From assembly GCA_963823665.1 (NCBI GenBank), contig CAWGMQ010000005.1, positions 1,600,001-1,664,000 of the forward strand: a DNA stretch of 64,000 nucleotides, in the 5' to 3' direction. The first letter of the stretch is position 1, and every line of letters begins with the position of its first letter. The notes under the pieces are model-generated. The model worked only from the letters and a program-made list of their open reading frames with translations. It was not told where the DNA came from and did no database searches. The position numbers and the translations under genes are program-made. This DNA comes from an uncultured Planctomycetota bacterium. GTDB lineage: Bacteria > Planctomycetota > Planctomycetia > Isosphaerales > Isosphaeraceae. Below are positions 44,291 through 54,558 of this stretch, one piece after another.

Positions 44291-44856
44291 CCTCTACCGC
44301 GGAGCGGTTTAGTCCAATCCTCTTTATTTCCTCTTGTTGGGTGTCTTGGTGCCTAAAAGGGAGGTTGCCTGTTGTGCTTTCGCGATTTCAGTTCACCATT
44401 GGGCAATTGGTGCAAGTAATCATGCTGTCCGGCTTCGTCTTCTGGATGATGCGTTGGACAGGCGTTACGGCGGTGTTGTACGTATTCCCCTGGCTTGATT
44501 TCGTCGTCCGCGCCCGGATCACACCGGCGCTGAGTATCGGACGACGCACGCTTTACCGCAGTCTCGTGCTCATCGCCTTCGGAAGTGCATATTGCTCGTA
44601 TCTTTACTTCATCGATGCTCAGGATGCGTTGCGGGTTGTGGGATTCACATTTGGTATGTACTTTCTTTTTATTATCGCTCCACTTCTCAGCAGACTCTGG
44701 TGGGTTGTCATTAATCGCGGTTATGAGATGCCTCTGACGGATGGGACATGTGGCCCCATCGCCTTGAGGGGATTTGGGGATCGGGCGGAGCCAGCCGCGG
44801 CGGTCTCACAACGTGCGGTAGAAATGAGGAGCGGGGCATCTGGAAGTAGTTCGTAG
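44287..44856 (+). CDS. Hypothetical membrane protein
   Basis: RFQFTI..L planctomycete-like motif and hydrophobic segments. Confidence 0.5.
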   Translation: MTSTAERFSPILFISSCWVSWCLKGRLPVVLSRFQFTIGQLVQVIMLSGFVFWMMRWTGVTAVLYVFPWLDFVVRARITPALSIGRRTLYRSLVLIAFGSAYCSYLYFIDAQDALRVVGFTFGMYFLFIIAPLLSRLWWVVINRGYEMPLTDGTCGPIALRGFGDRAEPAAAVSQRAVEMRSGASGSSS

Positions 44857-44879
44857 CGGAAAACGTTCGAGAGGATAGG

Positions 44880-45175
44880 ATGGAAAGGAAACAGGCAAAC
44901 GAGCTGGTCAGGGCGTCTTCGGCGAGCGGGCAGGTCGCGAGCGTCGAGGCAAAGCTTCCGACGCTGGTGGAGCGGGCAAGGGATACCGCCCGGTTTGCCT
45001 GGGAGGAGTTCTTCTTTGCTGAGCACCACAACCCGCACACGCAACGGGCGTATCAGTCTGCCGTGCGGCGGTTCCTGACGTGGGCGGAAGGGAAAGGCAT
45101 CGAGCTGGCGAGCATTTCGCCGGGCATGGTTGGCCAGTATATCGCCGTCTTGGGTGGATCAGCGGCAAAGCGCAA
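44880..45175 (+). pseudogene. Tyrosine recombinase N-terminal (SAM-like) fragment, truncated at the MITE
   Basis: EEFFFA...NPHTQRAY..AVRRFLTW...L..ISP..V..Y. Confidence 0.72.
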
Positions 45176-45453
45176 TGTCACCGGGCGACTTCAAAACCAG
45201 CCAATTATGGGCGCTTATCGGTAGTTCGAAACCGGCCACCCCGTTCGGGTAGTTACATTGTTCAATTCAATACGCCACTATGGTAATCCGGACTGGCTGA
45301 AAACTTGCTTTGCTTGGCCGAATCGGTCTTCGACTTTTCCGGTGGAACCGAATTGGCTCCTCATCTTAACGCTTCGTTGTGCTCTTGCCTCCTCCCTTTC
45401 CGCTTGCGTTCGAGCCGGGGGGCGCTTTGGCTGGTTTTGAGCGCCCGCTGTCA
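45176..45453. mobile_element. 278-bp IS21-type MITE
   Basis: TG...CA ends; inverted repeats TGTCACCGGGCGACTTCAAAACCAGCCA / TGACAGCGGGCGCTCAAAACCAGCCA; no coding capacity; no TSD seen. Confidence 0.7.
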
Positions 45454-45570
45454 CCGCTTCTTGGGCAAATGATCACGCACCAGTCCCTTGTCGAGGCAAT
45501 GATCTACACGGCCCTGGGGCATTGAGTCGGAGCCTTTCCGACTGTTAGAATCGAAAAGGGAGGCCAGCCC

Positions 45571-46125
45571 ATGGCGATCGAACTCAGCCAGGAAGAACGC
45601 GCATCTCTCGAACAGTTCATACGGCCTTACCGACCGACCAAGCGACAGAAAGCTCAAGCCTTGCTCGCCTTGGCGGCGGGCGAGTCGCCTGAAACGGTAG
45701 CCATGCGCGTCGGAATTTCGAAGGATTTTGTTTCTGAATTGGCCACCGAGTTCGCCGAGCGTGGACTAGCCGGGGTCGGTTTGGGGAAAAAACCCGAGGT
45801 TGTGGTCACACTCATCCGGGCCGGGGTCGGCGCCAAGAAATATCGCCTTCCCGAAGGATCGACACTTGAGGACCTGATTAGCCGAAGTGGGGCCACGACG
45901 ACGAGACAGACCGTCTCTGTTGATGGGATCATTCACGAAAAGCAGCTGCCCCTACATAACGCGGCGGTTGTCATCATCGCCCCAGCGCCGAAGAACGCCG
46001 CCGGTGGCCAGCATCCCCATCCCGCCGTGCCGTCGCTCCGGGACGATGAGCTCTTCGAGCAGTACCGCAACATCCTTAAAGCCCGCAGGAAGTCACGCGC
46101 TCGAGATGAGGGTTCGGTGGAGTGA
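45571..46125 (+). CDS. Putative antitoxin: HTH + ThiS/MoaD-like beta-grasp domain + helical tail
   Basis: IELSQEER..L...ALLALAAGES..TVA.RVGIS (HTH); YRLPEGSTLEDL...VSVDG...PLHNAAVVIIAP...GG; overlaps the PIN gene start (GTGA). Confidence 0.6.
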   Translation: MAIELSQEERASLEQFIRPYRPTKRQKAQALLALAAGESPETVAMRVGISKDFVSELATEFAERGLAGVGLGKKPEVVVTLIRAGVGAKKYRLPEGSTLEDLISRSGATTTRQTVSVDGIIHEKQLPLHNAAVVIIAPAPKNAAGGQHPHPAVPSLRDDELFEQYRNILKARRKSRARDEGSVE

Positions 46126-46565
46126 ACATCCTAGACACCGATGCGCTTAGCCATCACATGAAATCAAACGCGATCGGTCAGGCGATCGGGGCTCACATAT
46201 CCGCATCTGAGCCAGATTTCAGGGTGACGGCGGTTAGCGCGTTCGAGATGGTGGATGGGGCGCTTCAACTCTATAAGGACTTGAGAAAAAAACACCGCGA
46301 CCTAATCCCCGGCTTCAACCTCATTCAAGAGATTGTCGAATATCTGGGCAGTTGGCAGGGACGAGTCTTGCCCTACGACGCGGGTGCGGATCAAATCTAC
46401 CGTGGGTTCTCGACCAGGATTCAGCAGGAGCTGGGGGACGACGCACGCATTGCGGCGATCGCGCTGGCGCGAGGCGCAGCGGTATGGACGTGCAACTTAA
46501 GGGACTTCAAGAGGGTCCCAAACCTCCCTGTCGTTCAAGCCGACACCGGTATCCTAGTCCCATGA
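46122..46565 (+). CDS. vapC: PIN-domain (VapC) toxin
   Basis: ILDTDALS, VTAVSAFE, DARIAAIAL, TCNLRDF.RVP.L. Confidence 0.88.
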   Translation: MNILDTDALSHHMKSNAIGQAIGAHISASEPDFRVTAVSAFEMVDGALQLYKDLRKKHRDLIPGFNLIQEIVEYLGSWQGRVLPYDAGADQIYRGFSTRIQQELGDDARIAAIALARGAAVWTCNLRDFKRVPNLPVVQADTGILVP

Positions 46566-46665
46566 TCAGTATGTCAAATACTTGAAACCAGAACATAGGG
46601 TCACGCCGGTCGGCGCATGAGGGCGTCTCGTCCCATCCACGTCTACGGGGTCAGACCTTCCACGG

Positions 46666-47437
46666 GCCGGGTAGACCTGGGTGGTCGTCCACCCAGGCCC
46701 CCCACTGATCCGGACTTGCCCGTCGAAGAGGCATCCGGCTCGTCATCTCATGACTTCGCTACGCTGCTTGCCAAGCCGTGGACCACGCGGGCGCGGGGAA
46801 GATTGTACCGCTTCTCCAGGCGAAGGAATTGGGGCCACGTTAGTGGTCGGCCTCGGCGACGCCGAGACAGCCGGTGGCACCATATCTTTCGCGTGCCTTC
46901 CCGAAATCGCTGAAGGCTGGCGAAGTTGCCAATGATCCCGTAATACCCGAAGTGGCCCCGCAGCTTTTGCGTGAGCTTCTGGTGTTGTTCCTTGACCGAA
47001 GTGTGCAGGTTTCGCCGGCACCACTCCGACAGCGCTGCAAGCGCTCGCTTGAGTCGGCTCTTCGCCGTTTTCCGTTTGACCACCCACGCGCCTCGCTGAG
47101 ATCGTCCCCAGTAATGGGTGAATCCCAGAAAGTCGAATGTCGTCGGTTCGGGTGGGTCCCGTTCCTCGGTTGCGGAGTTGCCGGCCCGGGGCGGCTGAAA
47201 CCGCACCACGCGCGTCTTCTCCGGGTGGACCGTCAGACCGTACTTGCTCATCCGCTTGGGTAAGACCTCCATGATTCGCCGTGCGTCGTCTGCTCGGGCT
47301 GCCCCGATCACGAAGTCGTCGGCATAGCGGATCACGAAAGCTTTCCCTTTCAGGCGCGGGCGAACTTCCTTCTCAAACCATTCATCGAGCACGTAGCGCA
47401 GGAGGAGATTGGCCAGGAGGGGACTGATCACGCCCCC
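46666..47437 (-). mobile_element. Group II intron remnant A: 3' half of RT/maturase plus domains V-VI
   Basis: GGVISPLLAN, RYADDF, HPEKT, FDFLGFTH, LRGHFGYYG; DV GAGCCGGATGC...GCAAGTCCGGATCAGTGGGGG; DVI ...CTACCCGG. Confidence 0.88.
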
Positions 47438-47646
47438 AACAATGTAGCGAACTACCATGTTGGGGGCCTCGCTCAAAAGGGAACGGACTGACCCGATAGA
47501 CGATGCGAACCTCCTGCTCGTCGATTTCAATCTTCTTGACCAACTAGTCGACGCTACGCACCCGGGATGCGAAACCATTGCGGGCAAACCCATCGATGAA
47601 ACGAGAAAATGTCGCAGCGGCTTTGGAGTCGGACTCGTCGAAGGAG

Positions 47647-48910
47647 TCATCCAGTTCTTCTGGCGGGGGTGGACTGAATTGGGGCGACGGTTGTTCTGCT
47701 ATTTATTTCATCCAACATCCAGCGAAGACTTAGGAATTCTGCGAACAGACGTCCCCAAAAGTGGTTACTGATTCTTAGCTCCTGGACCTGGTTCTGACTG
47801 GTGCGCGGAATTGCGAATAATAAGACACCGGTCAGCATCCTGCTTGAACTCAACGGACATGCCCTTCGTTGCGAAATAGCGATGCACATGGTCGGTATCC
47901 ACCATGACGATTATTACTATTTCACCATTATAAAATGCTAATATGTGTTCTATGTTTGTGATTGATAGGGGAAACAGGAAATAGGCAACGTTTTGATGCT
48001 TGAGTTCATTCACAAAGGCGATCACCGGAGGGTTGTCGAAGGAAGACAGCACCTCCTTGAATCGGGATAGGTCTGAATTCGAGCCCGGGAGCGCCGCTTC
48101 AACCAGATAATACAGGCCTTCCTCCACTTCCCGAAATGCACCACCAGTAGGGTACGCCGCCTCCATCAAATCGTTCAATTCAGCTTTGTGATCACGTTCC
48201 GGCTGGGTCATGGACCGCCGCTCCAATTCGCCGGCGTAATACCAATCCGTCACTCGGTCTGTCATGAAATACTCGTACAACTGCGATAGTCTTTTCTGTT
48301 GGCGGTCCTCACGCGACCCCGAGCCTCTGCCACTCTTTACTTCAATAAGGTAGGGCATTCCCCACACGGGCAAAGTCAGATCACCGTATCGCAGACAATT
48401 CGTTAGGTCATTTAAGATGGCGGGCTGTCCTTGGGCAAAGGCGTATCGGAGGAGCCTTCGCTCGAACCTGGCACCCTTCTTCCCTGACAGAAAGCCCGCT
48501 GATTCCTTAAATGCCATAGGCTTAATGTTGTATTTATCTATGTAAATGAATGCTAGGCAATCGCCAATTTCCCGGAAAACCGTAAGCAGACGCTGGTATT
48601 CAGCGATTCGATCTTTGCAACCTGATATTCCTGCTTTGAGGAGGGCCGCTTGATCGCCAGTTAGCCGATGAGCCGGGTCGGCATTCCGTAATTGCGTTTT
48701 ATGCTTTTGGCAGCGGCGCCTGAGCAGGCGAACCTTGCGTTCTACATAACTGATCTTCTTGATCAGCGTTTCTTGCAGAGATAGGCAGGCGAAGTGCGAA
48801 GTATCCGGACTTGCACTGATCTGCTCATGCGGACAAAGAGTTCTCTTAGAGTGTTCTGATAGACGTGAAACACGGGCTGCTGTCCCAAATACTGCGGAAT
48901 TTCCGATCAT
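47647..48910 (-). CDS. Hypothetical protein with PD-(D/E)XK-like motif; probable frameshift near 47800
   Basis: DLTNCLRYGDLT...LIEVKSG; AT-richer than its flanks; an alternative frame supplies a plausible C-terminus. Confidence 0.55.
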
Positions 48911-49375
48911 TCACTACGAGATGACCGAACGTGGAGGTAGGTCCACTGCTAAGGTTGGCGAACCGAAACGTCTTGCGTCTTAAACGAGAGCCGGCGGACT
49001 AGCCGCCGTTTTCCAATCCCGTGTTCCGGCGGCCGAGGCGAAATAGGTTTTGATGTTTATTGGGATACTGCCCCGCTCGGTAGAGCTTAGAGATTTCTCT
49101 TGCAACTGCTCGATCAAACGCAACAAGGTGCTTCCAGGTGCGGATCGCGTATCTGAGCAGTTCCGTCCTCCTGCTGTAGCGGAACTGTCAGCAGCAACGA
49201 AACGCTGAGCCATTATCGCAGAGCCACCTGAGCCATTCCGCGATCGGTCGATGGTGGGTTTGGCTCTCTCTCAGCGTCTTTACCAAGTTTCTGGCACGTG
49301 TGATTCAATGCAGGTAGGCTGGAGTGTAATTGCCGCTCAGTCGCCGATGACGGCTCTTTCAATCCACGGCGCAAA

Positions 49376-50092
49376 GTGGCGGCGGGAAGTTCCACCTTCC
49401 CGCCGCCTGACCGCTCGGGAGCAATCCCTCCCGTGGGCCATTCTCAGTTTCCGCGCACATCACCGTCGGGTCAATCACCCCGATCTCGGCGTTGGCACCC
49501 CAACTGCCACCGTTGCCTGCTCAAAGGCTGTGAAGTCTGGTTCTTGCCGCGCCGGCCTCAGGCGCGATATTGCAGCCCGGCCTGTCAGGAATCCGCCTGC
49601 CGCTGGCGCCGCTGGCTTTCCTGCCAGCGCTTCAAGGCTACTACCCATGGCAAGGCAATCCGGCGAGAGCAGGCCCGACGCTATCGAATCCGTCTCCAGC
49701 AACGATCATTTCTTGCTGAACCGGCGCCGCCAGCCTGCGACGTCGAGCTGACTTCCCCAGTCGTCGAGTCGCAGACATCCACCGCATCCGAGCCGCCTCC
49801 GCTCGCCTCAACACCCGCCGAGGGCCAGCGCCCAGCCAAAATACCCGAACAATCTTGCGGTCTGCCTTGCCACAGACCTGGCTGCTACATGTTATTCCTT
49901 CCCTCGGGGCGTTCTCCCGATCAGAAATTCTGTTCCTACTCGTGCCACCAAGCGTTACGACGAGTTCGACAACGCGAACTTCGACTCCGGCAACGACGCC
50001 GGCGCGGGGTTCTTCCCCGTTATATGCATCGCCGCGGACCGCCTCAACATCCCCTTCTCATGTCGTCACGTATAGAGGACGTTACCCCCTAA
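49376..50092 (+). CDS. IS21 passenger: Cys-rich (two Zn-finger-like repeats), Arg-rich protein
   Basis: CLLKGC..F.P...RYCSPAC and CHRPGC..F.P...KFCSYSC. Confidence 0.55.
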   Translation: MAAGSSTFPPPDRSGAIPPVGHSQFPRTSPSGQSPRSRRWHPNCHRCLLKGCEVWFLPRRPQARYCSPACQESACRWRRWLSCQRFKATTHGKAIRREQARRYRIRLQQRSFLAEPAPPACDVELTSPVVESQTSTASEPPPLASTPAEGQRPAKIPEQSCGLPCHRPGCYMLFLPSGRSPDQKFCSYSCHQALRRVRQRELRLRQRRRRGVLPRYMHRRGPPQHPLLMSSRIEDVTP

Positions 50093-50197
50093 TACTTATG
50101 TTTGTTCTTGCCCAAGAACCGAGGAGGAAGCGGGAGGGCCGGGCCCTCCGGTCTCCCGTTTCCTTACTCGGATTGGGCCTTTGTGACGAGGTTTCTC

Positions 50198-51131
50198 ATG
50201 ACAGACTCGTACACGACGGACATCCGCTTCATGGCGGTGGATCAACTGGGTCAGCGGTATCGGCGCTATCGCCTTCCCGATCCCGACGCCGAGGCCGACC
50301 ATGGCGGCATCCCTGAGTCGCTATGGACAGCAAACTCCCGTAGTCGTCTGCCTGCGAGAGGAAAGATACGAGGTTCTCGACGGCTTCAAGCGTCTGGCAG
50401 CCGCGCAGACACTCGGTTTCCTGACCGTCAGCACGCGGGTCGTGGAAGTTAATGAGCGCCTGGCCAAGGCGACGATCCTGGGCCTCAATCAAACCGGCAG
50501 GCGGACTCAAGAGTGGGAGGAAGCTTGGATCGTGCACGCCTTGGTGCGCGAGGACGGTCTGACGCAGGAGGAGGTCGCCGAGCTGCTCTCCCACCACAAG
50601 AGCTGGGTCTGCCGTCGGCTGGCCCTGGTCGAGAAGCTGGCCGACGCGGCCAAGAACGACCTGCGATTGGGGCTGTTGTCGGTCACGGCCGCTCGCTCGC
50701 TGGTGCGGTTGCCGGCCGGCAACCAACCTGAGCTTCTTGCAACGCTCCGCCGCGACAAGCTGACGGCTGCCGAGCTCGATGGCGTCGTGAATCTGCTCCA
50801 AGCGGCGCCCGGTCAGACTCAGGAAGAGTACATCTTGGCCCAGCCGCGCCAGGCCTTGCGGCAAGCACGGGAGGAGACTGGCTGGGCCTGGGACCCAAGG
50901 CTAAGCAGTTCGGGCAACCGCGTGGCGCGACGTCTCACCTACGTCCTTGAGGACCTGGGTCGCATCGAGACCTGGCTGCGCAGTCAGGGCCGCGCCGGCT
51001 TGACCCCCTGCGATCACTTGGTGCTGACGTCAGCATTCTCCAAGTTGGCGCGTGATGCCTCCAGCGTGGCCTCTTTGGCTCAGGACCTCATCGGAGAGTT
51101 GAACAATCATGACCGAGCAAAAGCGCAATGA
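50198..51131 (+). CDS. ParB/Spo0J-family protein; frameshift near 50298
   Basis: SLSRYGQQTPVVV, VLDGFKRLAAA, HTH GLTQEEVAELLSHHKSWVCRRLAL. Confidence 0.85.
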
Positions 51132-52671
51132 GATTGTCAGCCGCTGGCGCGGCGGTGCATCAATGCGACAGATCGCCCGCGAGTTGGGACTGGCACGGAA
51201 CACGGTGAGCCGGGTGCTTGTCGGGATTGATGCCCAGCGGGCCGGCAAGGCGTCGACCTCGCGCAGACGACCCAGCCAGCTCGATCCCTACGAGCCGGTC
51301 ATCCTCGAGCTCCTGGGCCGATATCCCGATTTGACCGGCGTACGGCTCTTGGAAGAGCTGCGCCAGCAGGGCTTCCCGGGCAGCTATAGCACGGTCCGCC
51401 AGCGGCTACGCGAGCTCCGTCCGGGCTCGGGACCACAGCCGGTCATCCGCTTTGAGACTGGGCCGGGTGTCCAGGCTCAGATGGATTACGCCGTCTACGA
51501 TCTGGACTTCACTTGTGAAGGCCGGCGCCGCGTCAATTTGTTCAGCTACATCCTGGGCTATTCACGGCGGCAGTATCTGCGCTTCGTCGAGGCCCAGGAC
51601 ATGGTGACCACCCTGCGTGAGCACGTGCGGGCCTTTATGCATCTGGGAGGCGTGGCCGCTACCTGCTTGTATGACAATATGAAAGTTGTGGTCAGTGGTC
51701 ACGAGGATGACGTGCCGATCTACAACCCGCGGTTCCTGGCCTTCGCCACCCACTACGGATTCCGGCCAGTGGCCTGCCGCGTGCGGCGGCCTCAAACCAA
51801 GGGAAAGGTGGAACGCCCGTTTTATTACGTTGAAACCAGCTTGTTCAACGGCCGCAGCTTCGAATCGCTCAGTCATCTGAATGAGACCACCGATTGGTGG
51901 CTGGCGCAGGTCGCGGATGTCCGCGAGCTCCGCGCCGCCGGCAAGACGCCCTTGCAGCTGCATCAGGAGGAACTTCCCCACCTGATCCCGTTACCAAACC
52001 AAGCTTATGTGGTCGCCCCGGTTATCTATCGCACAGTCGACGTCGAAGGCTTGGTCACTTACTGCCAGAACGGCTACTCAGTGCCTTGGCGGTACATCGG
52101 CTGCGTGTTGCCGGTGCGGGTGACCGAGACCGAGGTGATCGTTTACGGTCCTCAGGTCGAGGAGATCACCCGGCACGCGCTGTTGCCGCGCACGGCCAGA
52201 GGGCAACGGAGCGTGCACAAGGAGCACCGGCCTAACGAAAGCACACACCGGCGACAGGCGCAACTGGAGGAACGCTTTGGCGAGCTGGGCGAAGTGGGCC
52301 GTCGGTTCCTGGAAGGGCTGCTGAGAGTTCAGCGATACGGTAAGGACCAGGCGCAGCGAGTGCTGGCACTATTGGGAACCTACACCCGAACAGACGTGAT
52401 CGCCGCGTTGGAGCGAGCGGTCCGATATGGTGCTTATTCTCATGCGGCGGCGGCACGTATCCTGTCGGTCCAAGCTCGACCGAAGACTATCTTGGAGGTG
52501 CTGGCCGACGAAGAGCGTCCGCTGCCTCCTTGGCTGGGCGAGGATAAGGTGTCCCCGCGCCCGACGTCAGGCTACCAATACCTTTGCGAGCCGGAGGAGC
52601 ACGAGGATGAAGACCCGACCAGCGCCCAAGGCGAAGCCGGCGGGGACGGAACTGCGCCAGAAGATCCTTGA
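51109..52671 (+). CDS. istA: IS21 transposase IstA
   Basis: N-terminal HTH, RFETGPGVQAQMDY, LGYSR, YDNMK, TKGKVER. Confidence 0.95.
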   Translation: MTEQKRNEIVSRWRGGASMRQIARELGLARNTVSRVLVGIDAQRAGKASTSRRRPSQLDPYEPVILELLGRYPDLTGVRLLEELRQQGFPGSYSTVRQRLRELRPGSGPQPVIRFETGPGVQAQMDYAVYDLDFTCEGRRRVNLFSYILGYSRRQYLRFVEAQDMVTTLREHVRAFMHLGGVAATCLYDNMKVVVSGHEDDVPIYNPRFLAFATHYGFRPVACRVRRPQTKGKVERPFYYVETSLFNGRSFESLSHLNETTDWWLAQVADVRELRAAGKTPLQLHQEELPHLIPLPNQAYVVAPVIYRTVDVEGLVTYCQNGYSVPWRYIGCVLPVRVTETEVIVYGPQVEEITRHALLPRTARGQRSVHKEHRPNESTHRRQAQLEERFGELGEVGRRFLEGLLRVQRYGKDQAQRVLALLGTYTRTDVIAALERAVRYGAYSHAAAARILSVQARPKTILEVLADEERPLPPWLGEDKVSPRPTSGYQYLCEPEEHEDEDPTSAQGEAGGDGTAPEDP

Positions 52672-53422
52672 GGACTTCGAGGTGCTGGGCATTCCCCTGC
52701 GGTCCGAGCAACTCGACGCGGTTGTAGGCCGTGCCGAGAGCGACGGGCTATCCCACCTGGAATTCCTACGGTTGCTGATCAGCGAGCAAGCCAACGGGCG
52801 TCGTGATCGCAGGATTGCCCACCGTATCCGCGAAGCCAGCTTCGCTGAAAACAAAACGCTGGCTGACTTCGATTGGCAGTTCAATGCGGCGGTTATCGAT
52901 CGAGTGCGGATCGAGGCATTAGCCGAAGGGGAGTTCATCGGCCGGCATCAAAGTCTGGTTTGGGTGGGTCAAAGCGGCGTCGGCAAAAGTCATCTGATCC
53001 AAGCGATTGGCCAGTGTGCCTGTGTGCTGGGTTACCGGGTGCGGTACGAGACCAGCAGCTCAATTTTGCAAAAACTGACAGCAGCGCTGGCGGACCAGAC
53101 GTTGCCGAGCCACTTGCGATACTATGCCAAATTCGATCTGTTGATTCTCGACGAGGTCGGCTTCGACCGACTGGAACGGATCGAATCGCCCCAAGCGGCC
53201 AGCCTGTTGTACAAGCTGATCAACGTCCGCAGTGGGCGGTCGACGGCATTGGTGACGAACATCGACTTCGACGCATGGGGCGACTACTGGGGCGATCCAC
53301 CGTTGGCAATGGCGTTCTTGGACCGAGTTGTCGACGGAGCGATCATCATGAAGATCAACGGCAAGTCGTATCGGGCGCATCGGGGCGAACAAGCATCGGC
53401 CGTCAAGCGACCGAAGAAGTGA
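52607..53422 (+). CDS. istB: IS21 helper AAA+ ATPase IstB
   Basis: KTLADFDW, GQSGVGKS, LLILDEVG, TN..F..W, LDRVV. Confidence 0.95.
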   Translation: MKTRPAPKAKPAGTELRQKILEDFEVLGIPLRSEQLDAVVGRAESDGLSHLEFLRLLISEQANGRRDRRIAHRIREASFAENKTLADFDWQFNAAVIDRVRIEALAEGEFIGRHQSLVWVGQSGVGKSHLIQAIGQCACVLGYRVRYETSSSILQKLTAALADQTLPSHLRYYAKFDLLILDEVGFDRLERIESPQAASLLYKLINVRSGRSTALVTNIDFDAWGDYWGDPPLAMAFLDRVVDGAIIMKINGKSYRAHRGEQASAVKRPKK

Positions 53423-54558
53423 AATAGCGTCGACGCCGGAGCTAGGGATCAGCCAGTCGACTTGATTTGATCCACGCTTCATCGAACGACGGCCGTCACA
53501 TCCCGAAGCACCTTGTCTGTGCTTCACGCGGCAACCATTCAAGTGGTTCAATTCTGGCTGCGAAAGTGGCTCACTTCCTGGCTGCCGTTGAAACGGAACC
53601 GCAGAATTTCTCGAGATTCTGGATTTATCGGCAACTTCGCCCGTAGCTCGAAGACGTCGGCATAGTGCACGAGGTTGACACTCAGTATGGTATCGACGGG
53701 TGTGTAATGCGTGAAACAATCGCGATATGCCTTCATCTTGTTCACCCACCGCGTCTTAGCAGCGACAAAAACTTCCTTTAAATTGCTCTGGGGAGCGGTC
53801 TTGCAGAAGCGATTGAAATTTGGCGGCGTGTCGCCCTTATAGGCAGTCCCGACGATTCGCGTCGCGATGTCAAGAGCTGAAGATACCGCTTGCAGTAAAC
53901 TTTCAAAATCCCAATAAATCGCAAACGTCGAGTACGGCGTCCGGCCCGATGCCATATGATGCGACTCGATAAAGCTGTCTGCGTTCTTAATTCTCGCCAA
54001 CTCCGCTTCTGCCTGAGTGCGGTGATACTCATACGCACGCCTTATGGCCGCCAATCTGTACTCCGCGTGACCGAAGTGATGCCGGTAGATTCTGGGGTAT
54101 TCCCTTATGAACCAGCAGAACTCGGCATGTTCATCGCTTTCTTCCAGCGGACCCGAGCGTATCCTGTCCAGAATTCGCACCAATTGCGGTGAGGACGCGA
54201 GCGGAAGAAAGGTCGGAATCGGGGCGAGGGGCTTATTCACCGAAAACGGTATGGTGTCGTCGTTCATGAAACGTCGGCCTTCCTTGGGAGGTCGCCCGCG
54301 TACAATTCTGTCGAACGAGCATCTGGCAAACCACAGCTGATTGGCACATCCTCGTCAAAAACGAATTGCTGGAGTTTTCCACTCCCACCTGCGTCAGCGT
54401 GTTGGGCGAGAGCGATCAAGATAATTGACATTGGGCCGATCACGGTAGCTGATAGTCGGTTTGAAGAAGGGACTCAAGAGACTCAGAAACCCACCCTCTG
54501 GGGCTCAGACACCCAGCTTCTGGAGCCGGTTCGGAGACCCAGAGGACCCAGGAGACCC

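Larger units (their letters stand above)
49186..53593 (+). mobile_element. 4408-bp IS21-family element with two accessory genes and 6-bp TSD CGGAAC
   Basis: Left end TGTCAGCAGCAAC...TGAGCCATTATCGCAG; right end (reverse complement) TTTCAACGGCAGC...TGAGCCACTTTCGCAG; CGGAAC at 49180-49185 and 53594-53599. Confidence 0.9.
48999..54267 (-). pseudogene. HEPN-like (Cthe_2314-type) gene interrupted by IS21; coding parts 54267-53594 and 49179-48999
   Basis: FESLL..SALD...WV..MKAYRDCFTH (R-x4-H). Removing the IS and one TSD restores an open frame ...LRFRYSRRTELL...ENGG*. Confidence 0.7.

Noticed and set aside
45571..45780. IS630 transposase
   Set aside because: Only the HTH resembles IS630 N-termini; no DDE domain or IS ends follow.
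46748..47650. Retron, DGR or defence-associated reverse transcriptase
   Set aside because: It has a maturase X domain and adjacent DV/DVI, so it is a truncated group II intron; the ORF's N-terminal ~70 aa are unrelated sequence.
48915..54410. Classical integron attC sites around the HEPN/nuclease genes
   Set aside because: AAC...GTT cores are visible near 48925-48960 and 54313-54408, but internal complementarity is weak and no integron integrase is present; unsupported without a model search.
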